Positions 1 to 7,945 of a stretch of DNA of 64,000 nt are shown here, one piece after another. Both the position numbers and the translations under genes were made by a program. Below the pieces are notes generated by a model, which had not been told where the DNA came from, made no database searches, and saw only the letters and a program-made list of their open reading frames with translations. The stretch is taken from contig LCMB01000004.1 in assembly GCA_001002415.1 (NCBI GenBank), positions 13 through 64,012 on the forward strand. The letters run 5' to 3'. This DNA comes from Microgenomates group bacterium GW2011_GWF2_46_18. GTDB lineage: Bacteria; Patescibacteriota; Microgenomatia; UBA1400; UBA12108. Positions within the stretch are counted from its first letter, which is position 1. Every line of letters begins with the position of its first letter.

Positions 1-306
1 TTTTCGCCGACGAGTGAAGGAACAAATTGGCTGGTGGCTCAGGGATTGGCCAAGGCTCTGACAGTAACAGAGCTTAATGCGTTAACGCATGACTCAAGTG
101 CTAATACACAACAGAAAAACTCACTGGAACAGATGGAAGAAGGGGAGCGAGAACTAATCACAAAATTAAAAGTAGAAGGTCCAATGGGAGTCAATGAGAT
201 CGCTAGGAAATCAAATCTTTCGGCGGGAGAAATTTTGGGAAGATTACTCCAATTGGAGATAAAGGGGTGGATAGTAGAAGAGCGGGGAATGTGGAAAGCT
301 GTATAG
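1..306 (+). CDS. dprA: DNA-processing protein DprA, C-terminal fragment (5' end outside window)
   Basis: Frame 1 is open from base 1. It translates as '..SEGTNWLVAQGLAKAL..', followed by a winged-helix-like tail '..GVNEIARKSNLSAGEILGRLLQLEIKGWI'. Stop TAG is at 304-306. Confidence 0.6.
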   Translation, partial: FSPTSEGTNWLVAQGLAKALTVTELNALTHDSSANTQQKNSLEQMEEGERELITKLKVEGPMGVNEIARKSNLSAGEILGRLLQLEIKGWIVEERGMWKAV

Positions 307-314
307 TAAATATT

Positions 315-1859
315 ATGTTAGCAAAGGTAAAATCAGTGGCGACGGTGGGGTTGGAAGCGGTCGAAGTTACGGTCGAAGTAGATGTGGCTGAACGGGGGTT
401 TCCGGCGTTTGATATTGTGGGATTGGGAGACAAGGCTGTGTCAGAGTCGCGAGCGAGAGTGAAAAAAGCGATTGAAAATAGCGGGGCCAGTTTCCCAGAT
501 AAACGAATTACGGTGAATTTGGCCCCGGCAGATTTACCCAAAGAGGGGTCTAATTATGATTTGCCGATTGCGATCGGGATTCTTTTGGCGAATAGGGAAA
601 TTGAAGGGGAAATTGAGGGATATGTGTATGGAGAGTTGGGACTGGATGGAAGTGTCAAGCGTTGTCGGGGGACATTGTTGGTGGGGATGTTGGCGAGAGA
701 GAAAAAATTGAGTGCAGTTTATGTACCAATTGAGACGGCGGCGGAAGCGGCGGTGATCCCGGGAATTATAGTTTATCCGGTGAGAAATTTGACAGAGCTA
801 ATAGAACATATCCGGGAGGAAAAGAAAATTGAGCCAATGAAGACAATCGAGATATTATCTTTGTTGGATGATGCGGAGCCGCAGGTAGATATTGGGGAAG
901 TGGTAGGACAGGAAGTGGCAAAGCGGGCGGCAGAAATCGCGGCGGCGGGCGGACACAATTTGTTGTTGGTGGGGCCGCCGGGGGCTGGGAAGACGATGCT
1001 AGCCAAGGCGTTTCCGTCGATTTTGCCTCCGCTCCTACCGGAGGAATCGTTGGAAGTGACCCGAATATATTCGGTAGCGGGAATGTTACCTTCCGGGACT
1101 GCACTCATGCGGCGGAGACCTTTTCGCTCACCCCACCATACTACAAGTATGGTTGGTTTGATTGGAGGAGGGAGCAATCCCATGCCGGGGGAGATTAGTT
1201 TGGCCCATTTGGGAGTATTATTTTTGGATGAACTGCCAGAATTTTCGCGATCCGTATTGGAAGTACTACGCCAACCCATGGAAGATCAAACCGTGTCGAT
1301 TACTAGAGCGATGGGGAAAGTACAGTATCCAGCTTCATTTTTGTTACTGGCCTCCGCCAATCCGTGTCCTTGTGGATACTTAAATCATCCATTCAAGGAG
1401 TGTACCTGCGGAGAACGGGTGATCAACAAGTATCGAGCAAGAATTAGTGGTCCCATATTGGATCGAATTGATTTACATGTGTGGGTAGATCCAGTGGAAG
1501 TAAATAAACTCACTTCGACAGATGAGAGACGAGAGAAGTTAGATGAGAGGGGAGAAAATTCGACACAAGTGAGGGAGAGAGTGATATCGGCAAGAGGAAA
1601 ACAACAAATGAGATTTACGGGAATTCGGGGTATGTATACCAATGCCCAAATGGGGAACAAACAAGTGAAGATTTTTTGTAAATTAAGTGAAGAGGTTAAA
1701 CAGTTTCTGAACACGGCGGCAAATAAATATAATCTGTCGGCAAGAGCCTATTTTAAGGTAATTAAAGTCGCGAGGACGATTGCGGATTTGGAGGGAATGG
1801 AAGAGATTTTGGTGAATCACATTGCTGAGGCGGTGCAGTATCGGGAGAATGTATGGTAG
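315..1859 (+). CDS. comM: ComM/YifB Mg-chelatase-like AAA+ ATPase
   Basis: The N-terminus 'MLAKVKSVATVGLEA..' is typical of the family, so ATG 315 is preferred over the track start at 267. It has Walker A 'LLLVGPPGAGKTMLA' and a C-terminal 'LSARAYFKVIKVARTIADLEG'. Confidence 0.85.
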   Translation: MLAKVKSVATVGLEAVEVTVEVDVAERGFPAFDIVGLGDKAVSESRARVKKAIENSGASFPDKRITVNLAPADLPKEGSNYDLPIAIGILLANREIEGEIEGYVYGELGLDGSVKRCRGTLLVGMLAREKKLSAVYVPIETAAEAAVIPGIIVYPVRNLTELIEHIREEKKIEPMKTIEILSLLDDAEPQVDIGEVVGQEVAKRAAEIAAAGGHNLLLVGPPGAGKTMLAKAFPSILPPLLPEESLEVTRIYSVAGMLPSGTALMRRRPFRSPHHTTSMVGLIGGGSNPMPGEISLAHLGVLFLDELPEFSRSVLEVLRQPMEDQTVSITRAMGKVQYPASFLLLASANPCPCGYLNHPFKECTCGERVINKYRARISGPILDRIDLHVWVDPVEVNKLTSTDERREKLDERGENSTQVRERVISARGKQQMRFTGIRGMYTNAQMGNKQVKIFCKLSEEVKQFLNTAANKYNLSARAYFKVIKVARTIADLEGMEEILVNHIAEAVQYRENVW

Positions 1860-1873
1860 AACGCTCACAATTG

Positions 1874-1976
1874 GTTCGGAGTACCATCGCGCAAAAAAGA
1901 CGGCGTTCTGTCCTGGTGGCCAGCCGCCTCGAACTCGGCCCTTCGGCCTGCGTAAACTTTTTTGGCTGCGAGATAC
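1874..1976 (+). ncRNA. Structured ~100-nt dispersed element, copy A (candidate small RNA or 3'-UTR element)
   Basis: About 80% identical to 37713..37814. It contains a GGCC-CTTC-GGCC hairpin, an inner stem, and an outer CAAAAAAG/CTTTTTTG closing stem. Two stems show compensatory changes between the copies. Confidence 0.45.
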
Positions 1977-2007
1977 TTCCTCGTCAATGTTCGCTTGGGA
2001 GGAAAGG

Positions 2008-2370
2008 ATGAAACAACAAAATCGGGAAACTGGGAATAGGGGGGAGGCAGCGGCGGGAGAATTACTACAGAGCAAAGGGTATGAAATTCTGGAGAGAAAT
2101 TATCGAAGCAAATGGGGGGAAGTCGATATAATTGCAAAATTTCGGGAATACAGGGTGTTTGTAGAGGTCAAGACTAAGACGGGGGATTTGTATGGGGAGC
2201 CGTGGGAGATGATCAATAGTCATAAACTGAGCCAAGTACGAAATATGGGAGGCCTGTGGTGTGAGGAATCGGGATGGAAGGGACTATGCCGAATCGATGT
2301 AGTGGGGGTGTGGCTAAATACACAGGGGGAGGTAGAAAAAATCGAACATTGGGAAAATGTGCAGTTATAA
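2008..2370 (+). CDS. yraN: YraN/UPF0102 family endonuclease-like protein
   Basis: 'GEAAAGELLQSKGYEILERNYRSKWGEVDIIA..VFVEVKTK' matches the family signature. ATG 2008 follows GGGAGGAAAGG. The track start at 1822 would read through the repeat element. Confidence 0.75.
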   Translation: MKQQNRETGNRGEAAAGELLQSKGYEILERNYRSKWGEVDIIAKFREYRVFVEVKTKTGDLYGEPWEMINSHKLSQVRNMGGLWCEESGWKGLCRIDVVGVWLNTQGEVEKIEHWENVQL

Positions 2371-2694
2371 AAATAAGGATTTTTTAACGAGAGTAATGAC
2401 CTTGTTGAGTTCGATTTTGTTTAATTGACCTAACTTTTTTTGAATACGATTTGTTCCAACTGTTTGGATATACCAACACAAGGCGAGAGAGGGCTTTTCT
2501 AATCCGTTGGTTGAGGAAGGAGCGAGAATAGCTTCATTTAAACTAATGGTTTTGGTTTGGCTAGTAAGTGGAATAAAGGTGACAAAGTTGCGAAGAGGGT
2601 GGAACTGGAGAACAAGCGCAGGGCGAAACTTTTTGAGTTCTTGGCCTGATGCTGGATGCATTTTGATGAGAATGACACTGCCAGTTTTATACAT
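2365..2694 (-). CDS. PemK/MazF-family type II toxin
   Basis: 109 aa. The N-terminus 'GSVILIKMHPASGQELKKFRPALVL' resembles MazF/PemK. It overlaps the upstream small gene by 8 nt. Confidence 0.65.
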   Translation of the reverse strand: MYKTGSVILIKMHPASGQELKKFRPALVLQFHPLRNFVTFIPLTSQTKTISLNEAILAPSSTNGLEKPSLALCWYIQTVGTNRIQKKLGQLNKIELNKVITLVKKSLFL

Positions 2695-2980
2695 CTTTTT
2701 CTCTTGATCGTAGATAAACTTCCATTTCGTCTAGATCATATTGTTCCTCGGCAATCCATGCCTCAAGATCTGGATTATTAATCCTATGCTTGTGGAGTAG
2801 GAGATCGGTAAAAGCTTGAGAAATGAGAGTAGAGCGATCAATGTGAGGAAAAGTTTTGTCAATTAGGGTAACTAATTTATCCGGCATAACGACTTGAAGA
2901 CGGCGTTTTTTCCCGCCGAGTGCTAGGCTGGTGGCAAGATCTTGGAGATATTGATAGTCAGTGAGGGTGGTAATGTTCAT
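2687..2980 (-). CDS. Putative antitoxin (small DNA-binding protein) of the MazF-like toxin
   Basis: 97 aa counted from ATG 2980. It overlaps the toxin start. A consensus-like promoter and palindromes lie directly upstream. There is no family-level motif I can name with confidence. Confidence 0.5.
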   Translation of the reverse strand: MNITTLTDYQYLQDLATSLALGGKKRRLQVVMPDKLVTLIDKTFPHIDRSTLISQAFTDLLLHKHRINNPDLEAWIAEEQYDLDEMEVYLRSREKDV

Positions 2981-2987
2981 GTGTATG

Positions 2988-3016
2988 TTTATACACACAA
3001 TTTGACATGTTGTCAA
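2988..3016 (-). promoter_or_regulatory. Promoter of the TA operon (TTGACA-17-TATAAA), 7 nt upstream of the ATG
   Basis: The minus strand reads TTGACA(3016-3011)-17 nt-TATAAA(2993-2988)-CATACAC-ATG(2980). The palindrome GTGTAT-gttt-ATACAC (2981-2996) covers the -10 box and start region and is a candidate operator. Confidence 0.55.
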
Positions 3017-3030
3017 GTAAATGTTAAAGT
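3002..3030 (+). promoter_or_regulatory. Promoter of the T-box leader/trpB operon (TTGACA-17-TAAAGT)
   Basis: TTGACA at 3002-3007, a 17-nt spacer, then TAAAGT at 3025-3030. Its -35 box is one half of the palindrome TTGACAtgtTGTCAA (3002-3016), which it shares with the divergent TA promoter. Confidence 0.5.
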
Positions 3031-3036
3031 GTGCGG

Positions 3037-3290
3037 ACAAATTAATAAATGTGATAAAGGGAATTGATTGGGATTCCCCGAGCCCGTCGAATGACGAGGC
3101 AAGCAGACCAAGCTACTTTCCAAAAGATGTTTGGTACGGAGGCGAAACCGTAAACAGTCAGCAACGAGTGTTGCCGAAAGGATAAAGCTCGCGGAGAAAG
3201 AGTAAATTTCAAGGTGGTACAGTCCTAGCTTGAGGGCCCTTGTCTAACTATCACGAAGTGTTGTGGTGGGTAGGCAAGGGCTTTTTTGTT
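3037..3290 (+). promoter_or_regulatory. T-box riboswitch leader (tRNA-sensing antiterminator/terminator)
   Basis: A T-box-like 'CAAGGUGGUACAGUCC' is present. The antiterminator is helix A1 CAAGG(3210-14)/CCUUG(3238-42), a 7-nt bulge UGGUACA(3215-21), and helix A2 GUCC/GGGC. It is mutually exclusive with the downstream terminator. An F-box-like 'ACCGUAAAC' (~3147) and a stem-III-like GCAAC-gagt-GUUGC hairpin are also present. I could not assign the specifier codon by eye. Confidence 0.65.
3236..3287 (+). terminator. Intrinsic terminator of the T-box leader
   Basis: An 11-bp stem GCCCTTGTCTA(3236-46)/TAGGCAAGGGC(3271-81) with one G.U pair, followed by TTTTTT (3282-87). Confidence 0.75.
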
Positions 3291-3392
3291 GGGAGAAAGA
3301 TGAAAAAAGAAAGACTAGCAAAACGAACAAAGGGGAGAGAGTTTTGGCGTGCCCAAAATTGAACTCAGAATAATAATTTAGTTAGGAGATAT

Positions 3393-4595
3393 ATGAAAAT
3401 ACAAAAATACAATTATCCAGATAAAGACGGCTTCTTCGGGGAGTACGGAGGGCGAGTAGTTCCCCCACAACTAGAAGATCGCTTGATGAAACTGACAGAT
3501 ACCTATTTAAGATTGAAAAATAGCCGGGTGTTTCAAACCAAGCTGGATAAGCTCTACCGAGAATATGCGGGAAGACCGAGCGGACTATATTTGGCTAGCA
3601 ATCTGACCAAAGAAGTAGGGGGAGCAAAAATCTATCTCAAGAGAGAAGATCTCAACCATACCGGTGCCCATAAAATTAACAACACGCTCGGACAAATGCT
3701 GGTCGCCCAGGAATTAGGGGCAAACAAGCTGATTGCTGAAACAGGAGCCGGTCAGCATGGAGTAGCCACTGCTACGGTGGCAGCTTTGGCTGGCATGCAG
3801 TGTGACATTTATATGGGGGCACGCGACATTGCTAACCAGAAAATGAATGTATACCGCATGGAGCTACTCGGGGCGAAAGTAATCCCCGTGAGCTGCGGGC
3901 AGGGAACTCTGAAAGATGCTGTCGACGAGGCTTTGGCACATTACGTCGCAGAACCGGAAAGTTATTACATGCTGGGGTCGGCGGTGGGACCACATCCGTA
4001 TCCACTAATGGTACGTGACTTTCAGGCAATAATCGGACGGGAAGCCAAAAGACAGATGCTGGAGAGAGAAGGAAGACTTCCTGATTATGCTGTCGCCTGT
4101 GTGGGAGGTGGATCCAACGCACTGGGACTGTTTACGGCTTTTGTACGCGACCAAGGTGTAACTCTGTTGGCGGCGGAACCGGCCGGTCAGGGAGTAAATA
4201 CCAGGCGTCACGGGTTGTCACTGGCTCAGGGAAAGAAAGGACTCATTCATGGCTTTAACTGTCTGGTCCTTCAAGATGAGAAGGGGCAGATTGCCGAGTC
4301 TTATTCGGCGGCTTCCGGGCTTGACTATCCTGGAGTTGGTCCGGAGTGCTGTTTACTCAAAGATATGGGGAGATTAACTCCGATGGCGATTACCGATAAG
4401 AGCGCGGTAATAGCATTTGAACAGCTTGCTCGGACGGAAGGGATTATCCCGGCCCTTGAGTCAGCGCATGCTTTGGCGGCAGCCGTGCAACTGGCAAAAA
4501 CATTGTCGGAGGACAAAATTATCCTCGTAAATTTGTCTGGACGAGGTGACAAAGATGTTGAAAATGTGATAAATAATTTGCGAGGAAATCAATAA
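3393..4595 (+). CDS. trpB: Tryptophan synthase beta chain (standalone)
   Basis: 400 aa. It has the PLP-lysine motif 'LNHTGAHKINN', then 'ETGAGQHGVATA' and 'VGGGSNALG'. AGGAG lies 6 nt upstream of the ATG. No trpA or other trp genes are in the window. Confidence 0.9.
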   Translation: MKIQKYNYPDKDGFFGEYGGRVVPPQLEDRLMKLTDTYLRLKNSRVFQTKLDKLYREYAGRPSGLYLASNLTKEVGGAKIYLKREDLNHTGAHKINNTLGQMLVAQELGANKLIAETGAGQHGVATATVAALAGMQCDIYMGARDIANQKMNVYRMELLGAKVIPVSCGQGTLKDAVDEALAHYVAEPESYYMLGSAVGPHPYPLMVRDFQAIIGREAKRQMLEREGRLPDYAVACVGGGSNALGLFTAFVRDQGVTLLAAEPAGQGVNTRRHGLSLAQGKKGLIHGFNCLVLQDEKGQIAESYSAASGLDYPGVGPECCLLKDMGRLTPMAITDKSAVIAFEQLARTEGIIPALESAHALAAAVQLAKTLSEDKIILVNLSGRGDKDVENVINNLRGNQ

Positions 4596-4606
4596 CTACC
4601 AAGAAG

Positions 4607-4636
4607 AACATGGGGGCAGGGAACTGCCCCCATGTT
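4607..4636 (+). promoter_or_regulatory. Perfect 13-bp hairpin with GGAA tetraloop between trpB and trpS
   Basis: AACATGGGGGCAG-GGAA-CTGCCCCCATGTT. No U-tract follows, so it is not a canonical intrinsic terminator. Confidence 0.4.
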
Positions 4637-4656
4637 AAGATAATAGAGGAGGGAAT

Positions 4657-5661
4657 ATGAAAAAAAGAATTTTGTCGGGTATAACACCAAGTGGTGACCA
4701 ATTGCATATTGGCAATTATTTTGGGGCGGTAGCACCACAAATTAAACTGCAAGATACACACGAAACTTATTATTTTGTGGCGGACTTGCATGCTTTGACG
4801 ACGGTACATGACCGCATGCAGTTAGAAAAAAATATTACCGGGGTGGTTTTGGATTATTTGGCCTTGGGGCTGGATCCATCCAAATGTGTGTTTTTCCGCC
4901 AGTCGGATGTGGCTGAGCACGCGCAACTAGCGATTGTATTAGCCAACTATATTAGCTATGGCCAGATGAAGCGGATGCATGCCTACAAAGACAAACTCCA
5001 AACCGGGGCAAGTGAGGAATCAATTAACATGGGACTTTTCAATTACCCGATTCTGATGGCGGCAGATATTTTGCTCTACAAGCCTTATGGAATACCGGTC
5101 GGGGAGGATCAACGCCAACATATTGAACTGGCCCGTGATATCGCAGAATCATTTAACAAAACCTACCATACGACGACTTTCCCTTTGCCCGAACCCTTGA
5201 TTTCCAAAGAAGTGGGACGAATCGTGGGGACGGACGGGGAGAGGAAAATGAGCAAGAGTTTGGGGAATATTATCGGGATCTTTGATGACGAAAAGCTTAT
5301 CGAGAAGCAGATTATGGGTAGTTACACGGACCCTTTGAGATTAAAGGCGACGGATCCAGGGCGAGTAGAGGGGAACCCAATTTTTCTTTATCACGATTTG
5401 ATGAATGATAATAAAGAGGAAGTGGAAGAACTAAAAAAGCGTTACCGAGAGGGAACCGTTGGGGATGTGGAAGTTAAGCAAAAGTTGGTGGCGGCGCATA
5501 TGCACAAGTTTGGGCCAGCCAGAGAGAAACGCGCCGAGCTGGCGAGCAAAATGGAGCTAGTTAGGCAAATTTTATCGGAGGGAGCCAAAAAGGCAAAAGA
5601 GATTGCGCAAGTTACGCTCGCGGAAGTGTATAACACGGTTGGGGAAAACGGACTGAAATAA
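4657..5661 (+). CDS. trpS: Tryptophanyl-tRNA synthetase
   Basis: A class I 'HIGH'-type motif 'GDQLHIGNYFG' and a 'KMSKS' motif are both present. The length of 334 aa is typical. A GAGGAGGG Shine-Dalgarno lies upstream. Confidence 0.9.
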   Translation: MKKRILSGITPSGDQLHIGNYFGAVAPQIKLQDTHETYYFVADLHALTTVHDRMQLEKNITGVVLDYLALGLDPSKCVFFRQSDVAEHAQLAIVLANYISYGQMKRMHAYKDKLQTGASEESINMGLFNYPILMAADILLYKPYGIPVGEDQRQHIELARDIAESFNKTYHTTTFPLPEPLISKEVGRIVGTDGERKMSKSLGNIIGIFDDEKLIEKQIMGSYTDPLRLKATDPGRVEGNPIFLYHDLMNDNKEEVEELKKRYREGTVGDVEVKQKLVAAHMHKFGPAREKRAELASKMELVRQILSEGAKKAKEIAQVTLAEVYNTVGENGLK

Positions 5662-5994
5662 ATGAAACCACTGATTACGTTTGAGGAATATACGAAGGCA
5701 GAAATTAGGGTGGGGAGGATTGTGGCGGCCACGATTCCAGAGGGAAGTCAGAAACTAATTCAGTTCACGGTAGATTTTGGAAGTGAGCAACGGACTATTT
5801 TTAGCGGAATTAAGGAGTGGTACAGCCCTGAGGAGTTGGTGGGAATTACGACGGCATGGGTGACCAATATCCCGCCTAAAGTGACTCCGTTTGGGGAATC
5901 ACAGGGAATGTTGTTTGCCTGCGATACAGCCGATGGCAAGCCATATGTGGTGAGAATTGGGGAAGAGGTGCCAATCGGGAGTGAGTTTCATTAA
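5662..5994 (+). CDS. Free-standing tRNA-binding OB-fold protein (CsaA/Trbp111-like)
   Basis: 110 aa. 'AEIRVGRIVAA..IQFTVDFG..RTIFSGIK..Y.PEELVG' resembles the tRNA-binding domain found at MetRS/PheRS termini. Its ATG abuts the trpS stop. Confidence 0.7.
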   Translation: MKPLITFEEYTKAEIRVGRIVAATIPEGSQKLIQFTVDFGSEQRTIFSGIKEWYSPEELVGITTAWVTNIPPKVTPFGESQGMLFACDTADGKPYVVRIGEEVPIGSEFH

Positions 5995-6014
5995 CTTCTG
6001 GTAGAATACAGGGT

Positions 6015-7940
6015 ATGAAAAAGAAGAGTGAGAAGAAGGAGCCGATTGCACAGTTGCCTCCAGGAATGAAACCAGTCAAGATGTGGAGTTTCAAGTTTGA
6101 TCTCAAGAAACTTATTGTGTGGAGTTTGATCTTGTTTTTGTTTGCGCCGGCCTTGTTTAGTTACCTAAATGGGGGAGTTAAGGATTCTTCGATTACGATT
6201 ACCCAGGCGATGGCGGATATTCGAGAAGGCAAAATAGAAAAAGTAGAGGTCTTGGGAGATTCGGTAGTTTTAAATTACCCTGACAAAGAGATCAAGCTTT
6301 CGACCAAAGAAACAGGGCAGTCGTTTACCGAACTACTTACTCAATACGAGATTGATCCTAACACGGTGAATTTTGAGATAGCTAACGGGTCGTTTTTGGA
6401 TAAACTCGGAAGTATCCTAAATATTTTGTCGTTTGTGTTGATGGCGTTATTTTTGGTGATGATTTTTAGGCAGATGCGGGGAGGGAACGGTGGAGCGGGA
6501 GGAGGCGGGATGTTTGGGATGGGTAAATCCAAGGCCAAGTTGTTTGCCAAAGGCAAGCAAAACGTCAAGTTTGATGACGTGGCTGGAGTCGATGAAGCTA
6601 AGGCAGAACTGGTCGAAGTAGTGGATTTTTTGAAAAACCCAGAAAAATATAAAAAAGTGGGAGCACGAACACCCAAGGGAGTGTTGCTGGTGGGGCCGGC
6701 GGGAGTAGGGAAGACCTTGATGGCCAGAGCGGTTGCGGGTGAAGCCGGAGTCTCATTTTTCTCGATGGCAGGAAGTGAGTTTATGGAGATGTTGGTCGGG
6801 GTGGGAGCATCCCGGGTCCGGGATTTGTTTGAGACGGCCAAAAAGGCGGCGCCAGCCATTATCTTTATCGATGAAATTGATGCGATTGGCAGAACCAGGG
6901 GTTACGGATCGATGGGGGGACATGATGAGCGAGACCAGACTTTGAACCAAATCTTAGTAGAGATGGATGGGTTTGCGGCTAATGAGAGTGTGATTGTGAT
7001 GGCGGCCACGAATAGGCCGGATGTATTGGATCAGGCTTTAATTCGGCCAGGGAGATTTGATAGGCGGGTAACTTTGGACATGCCGGACATTGAGGGACGA
7101 AAAGCCATTTTGGCGATCCATGCGGTCGGAAAACCATTTGCCAAAGACTTAAATTGGACGATGGCGGCTCGGCGGACGGTCGGATTTTCGGGAGCAGATT
7201 TGGAAAATATGCTGAATGAGGCGGCGATTAAGATTGCACGAGAGAATCGGAAAGAAATCACCTTCGCGGATATCGAGGATTCAGCGACTAAAGTGAAGTT
7301 GGGACCAGAGAAAAAACGGATGTTTAACAAAGAAGAGCGGGAGATGACCGCCTACCACGAGGCAGGGCATGCGGTAGTCACCCATTTCCTGGCTCACACG
7401 GATCCAGTACATAGGATCAGTATTGTATCGCGAGGACAAGCCTTGGGCTTTACCCTGATTCCTCCGGATCAAGACAAGTACCAAAAGACGCGGACGGAAC
7501 TTTTGGAAGAGATCTGTACGCTATTGGGTGGACGGGCAGCAGAAAAGTTGGTGTATGACGAACTGACAGCCGGAGCTAGCAGTGATATTGATAAAGTAAC
7601 GAGGATTGCCAGAGCGATGGTGGTAGATTACGGGATGAGTGCTTTGGGGCCAATTGATTTTGGGCAAAGTGAGTTGTCGGAGTGGGGGAGAACGTACATG
7701 GAGCAGTCGGATGTGTCGGATAGCAAGCGGAGTGAGATCGATAGTGAGGTAAAGCGGATTGTCACAGCCTGTGAGAAGGTGGCAGGGGAAGTGTTACGGA
7801 ATGAGCGGAAGGCAATGGATGCGGTAGTTATCGCTCTAATGGAGCGGGAGAGTTTGGAGCGGGAAGAGTTTGAAAAGATCGTCAAGGTCACAAAAGAACA
7901 GATCAAAAAGACAAAAAAATACAAAGTAGTTTATAGTTAA
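6015..7940 (+). CDS. ftsH: ATP-dependent zinc metalloprotease FtsH
   Basis: It has an N-terminal TM helix, Walker A 'GPAGVGKT', Walker B 'IIFIDEIDA', and the zinc site 'HEAGHAV'. Confidence 0.95.
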   Translation: MKKKSEKKEPIAQLPPGMKPVKMWSFKFDLKKLIVWSLILFLFAPALFSYLNGGVKDSSITITQAMADIREGKIEKVEVLGDSVVLNYPDKEIKLSTKETGQSFTELLTQYEIDPNTVNFEIANGSFLDKLGSILNILSFVLMALFLVMIFRQMRGGNGGAGGGGMFGMGKSKAKLFAKGKQNVKFDDVAGVDEAKAELVEVVDFLKNPEKYKKVGARTPKGVLLVGPAGVGKTLMARAVAGEAGVSFFSMAGSEFMEMLVGVGASRVRDLFETAKKAAPAIIFIDEIDAIGRTRGYGSMGGHDERDQTLNQILVEMDGFAANESVIVMAATNRPDVLDQALIRPGRFDRRVTLDMPDIEGRKAILAIHAVGKPFAKDLNWTMAARRTVGFSGADLENMLNEAAIKIARENRKEITFADIEDSATKVKLGPEKKRMFNKEEREMTAYHEAGHAVVTHFLAHTDPVHRISIVSRGQALGFTLIPPDQDKYQKTRTELLEEICTLLGGRAAEKLVYDELTAGASSDIDKVTRIARAMVVDYGMSALGPIDFGQSELSEWGRTYMEQSDVSDSKRSEIDSEVKRIVTACEKVAGEVLRNERKAMDAVVIALMERESLEREEFEKIVKVTKEQIKKTKKYKVVYS

Positions 7941-7945
7941 AGAGC

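Noticed and set aside
595-618. A 12-nt tandem duplication GGGAAATTGAAG/GGGAAATTGAGG in comM encoding 'EIEGEIEG'.
   Set aside because: It is a simple two-unit in-frame duplication with a different period and sequence from the heptad family. It is not enough on its own to call a feature.
267-2007. ORF-track N-terminal extensions: comM from 267, yraN from 1822. Similar extensions occur at 3040, 14235, 16431, 23032, 24195, 25109, 32194, 34344, 39961 and 41259.
   Set aside because: The extensions overlap upstream genes, promoters or the structured repeat, and they add non-homologous residues. In each case an internal ATG with an RBS or a -10 box at the proper distance matches the family N-terminus better.
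3300-3362. A 20-codon mini-ORF (MKKERLAKRTKGREFWRAQN) with one Trp codon between the T-box terminator and trpB, considered as a possible attenuation leader peptide.
   Set aside because: It lies downstream of the terminator, so it cannot control it. It has only a single Trp codon and no obvious RBS. It is probably fortuitous.
6341-6859. Antisense or alternative-frame ORFs inside well-supported genes. Examples are 6341..6859 in ftsH, 773..1279 in comM, 13587..14120 in nnrD, 34277..34798 and 35006..35524 in rpsA, and 21423..22040 in lig.
   Set aside because: They have low-complexity, Ser/Pro/Leu-rich shadow translations opposite strongly conserved coding frames, and no start-site signals.
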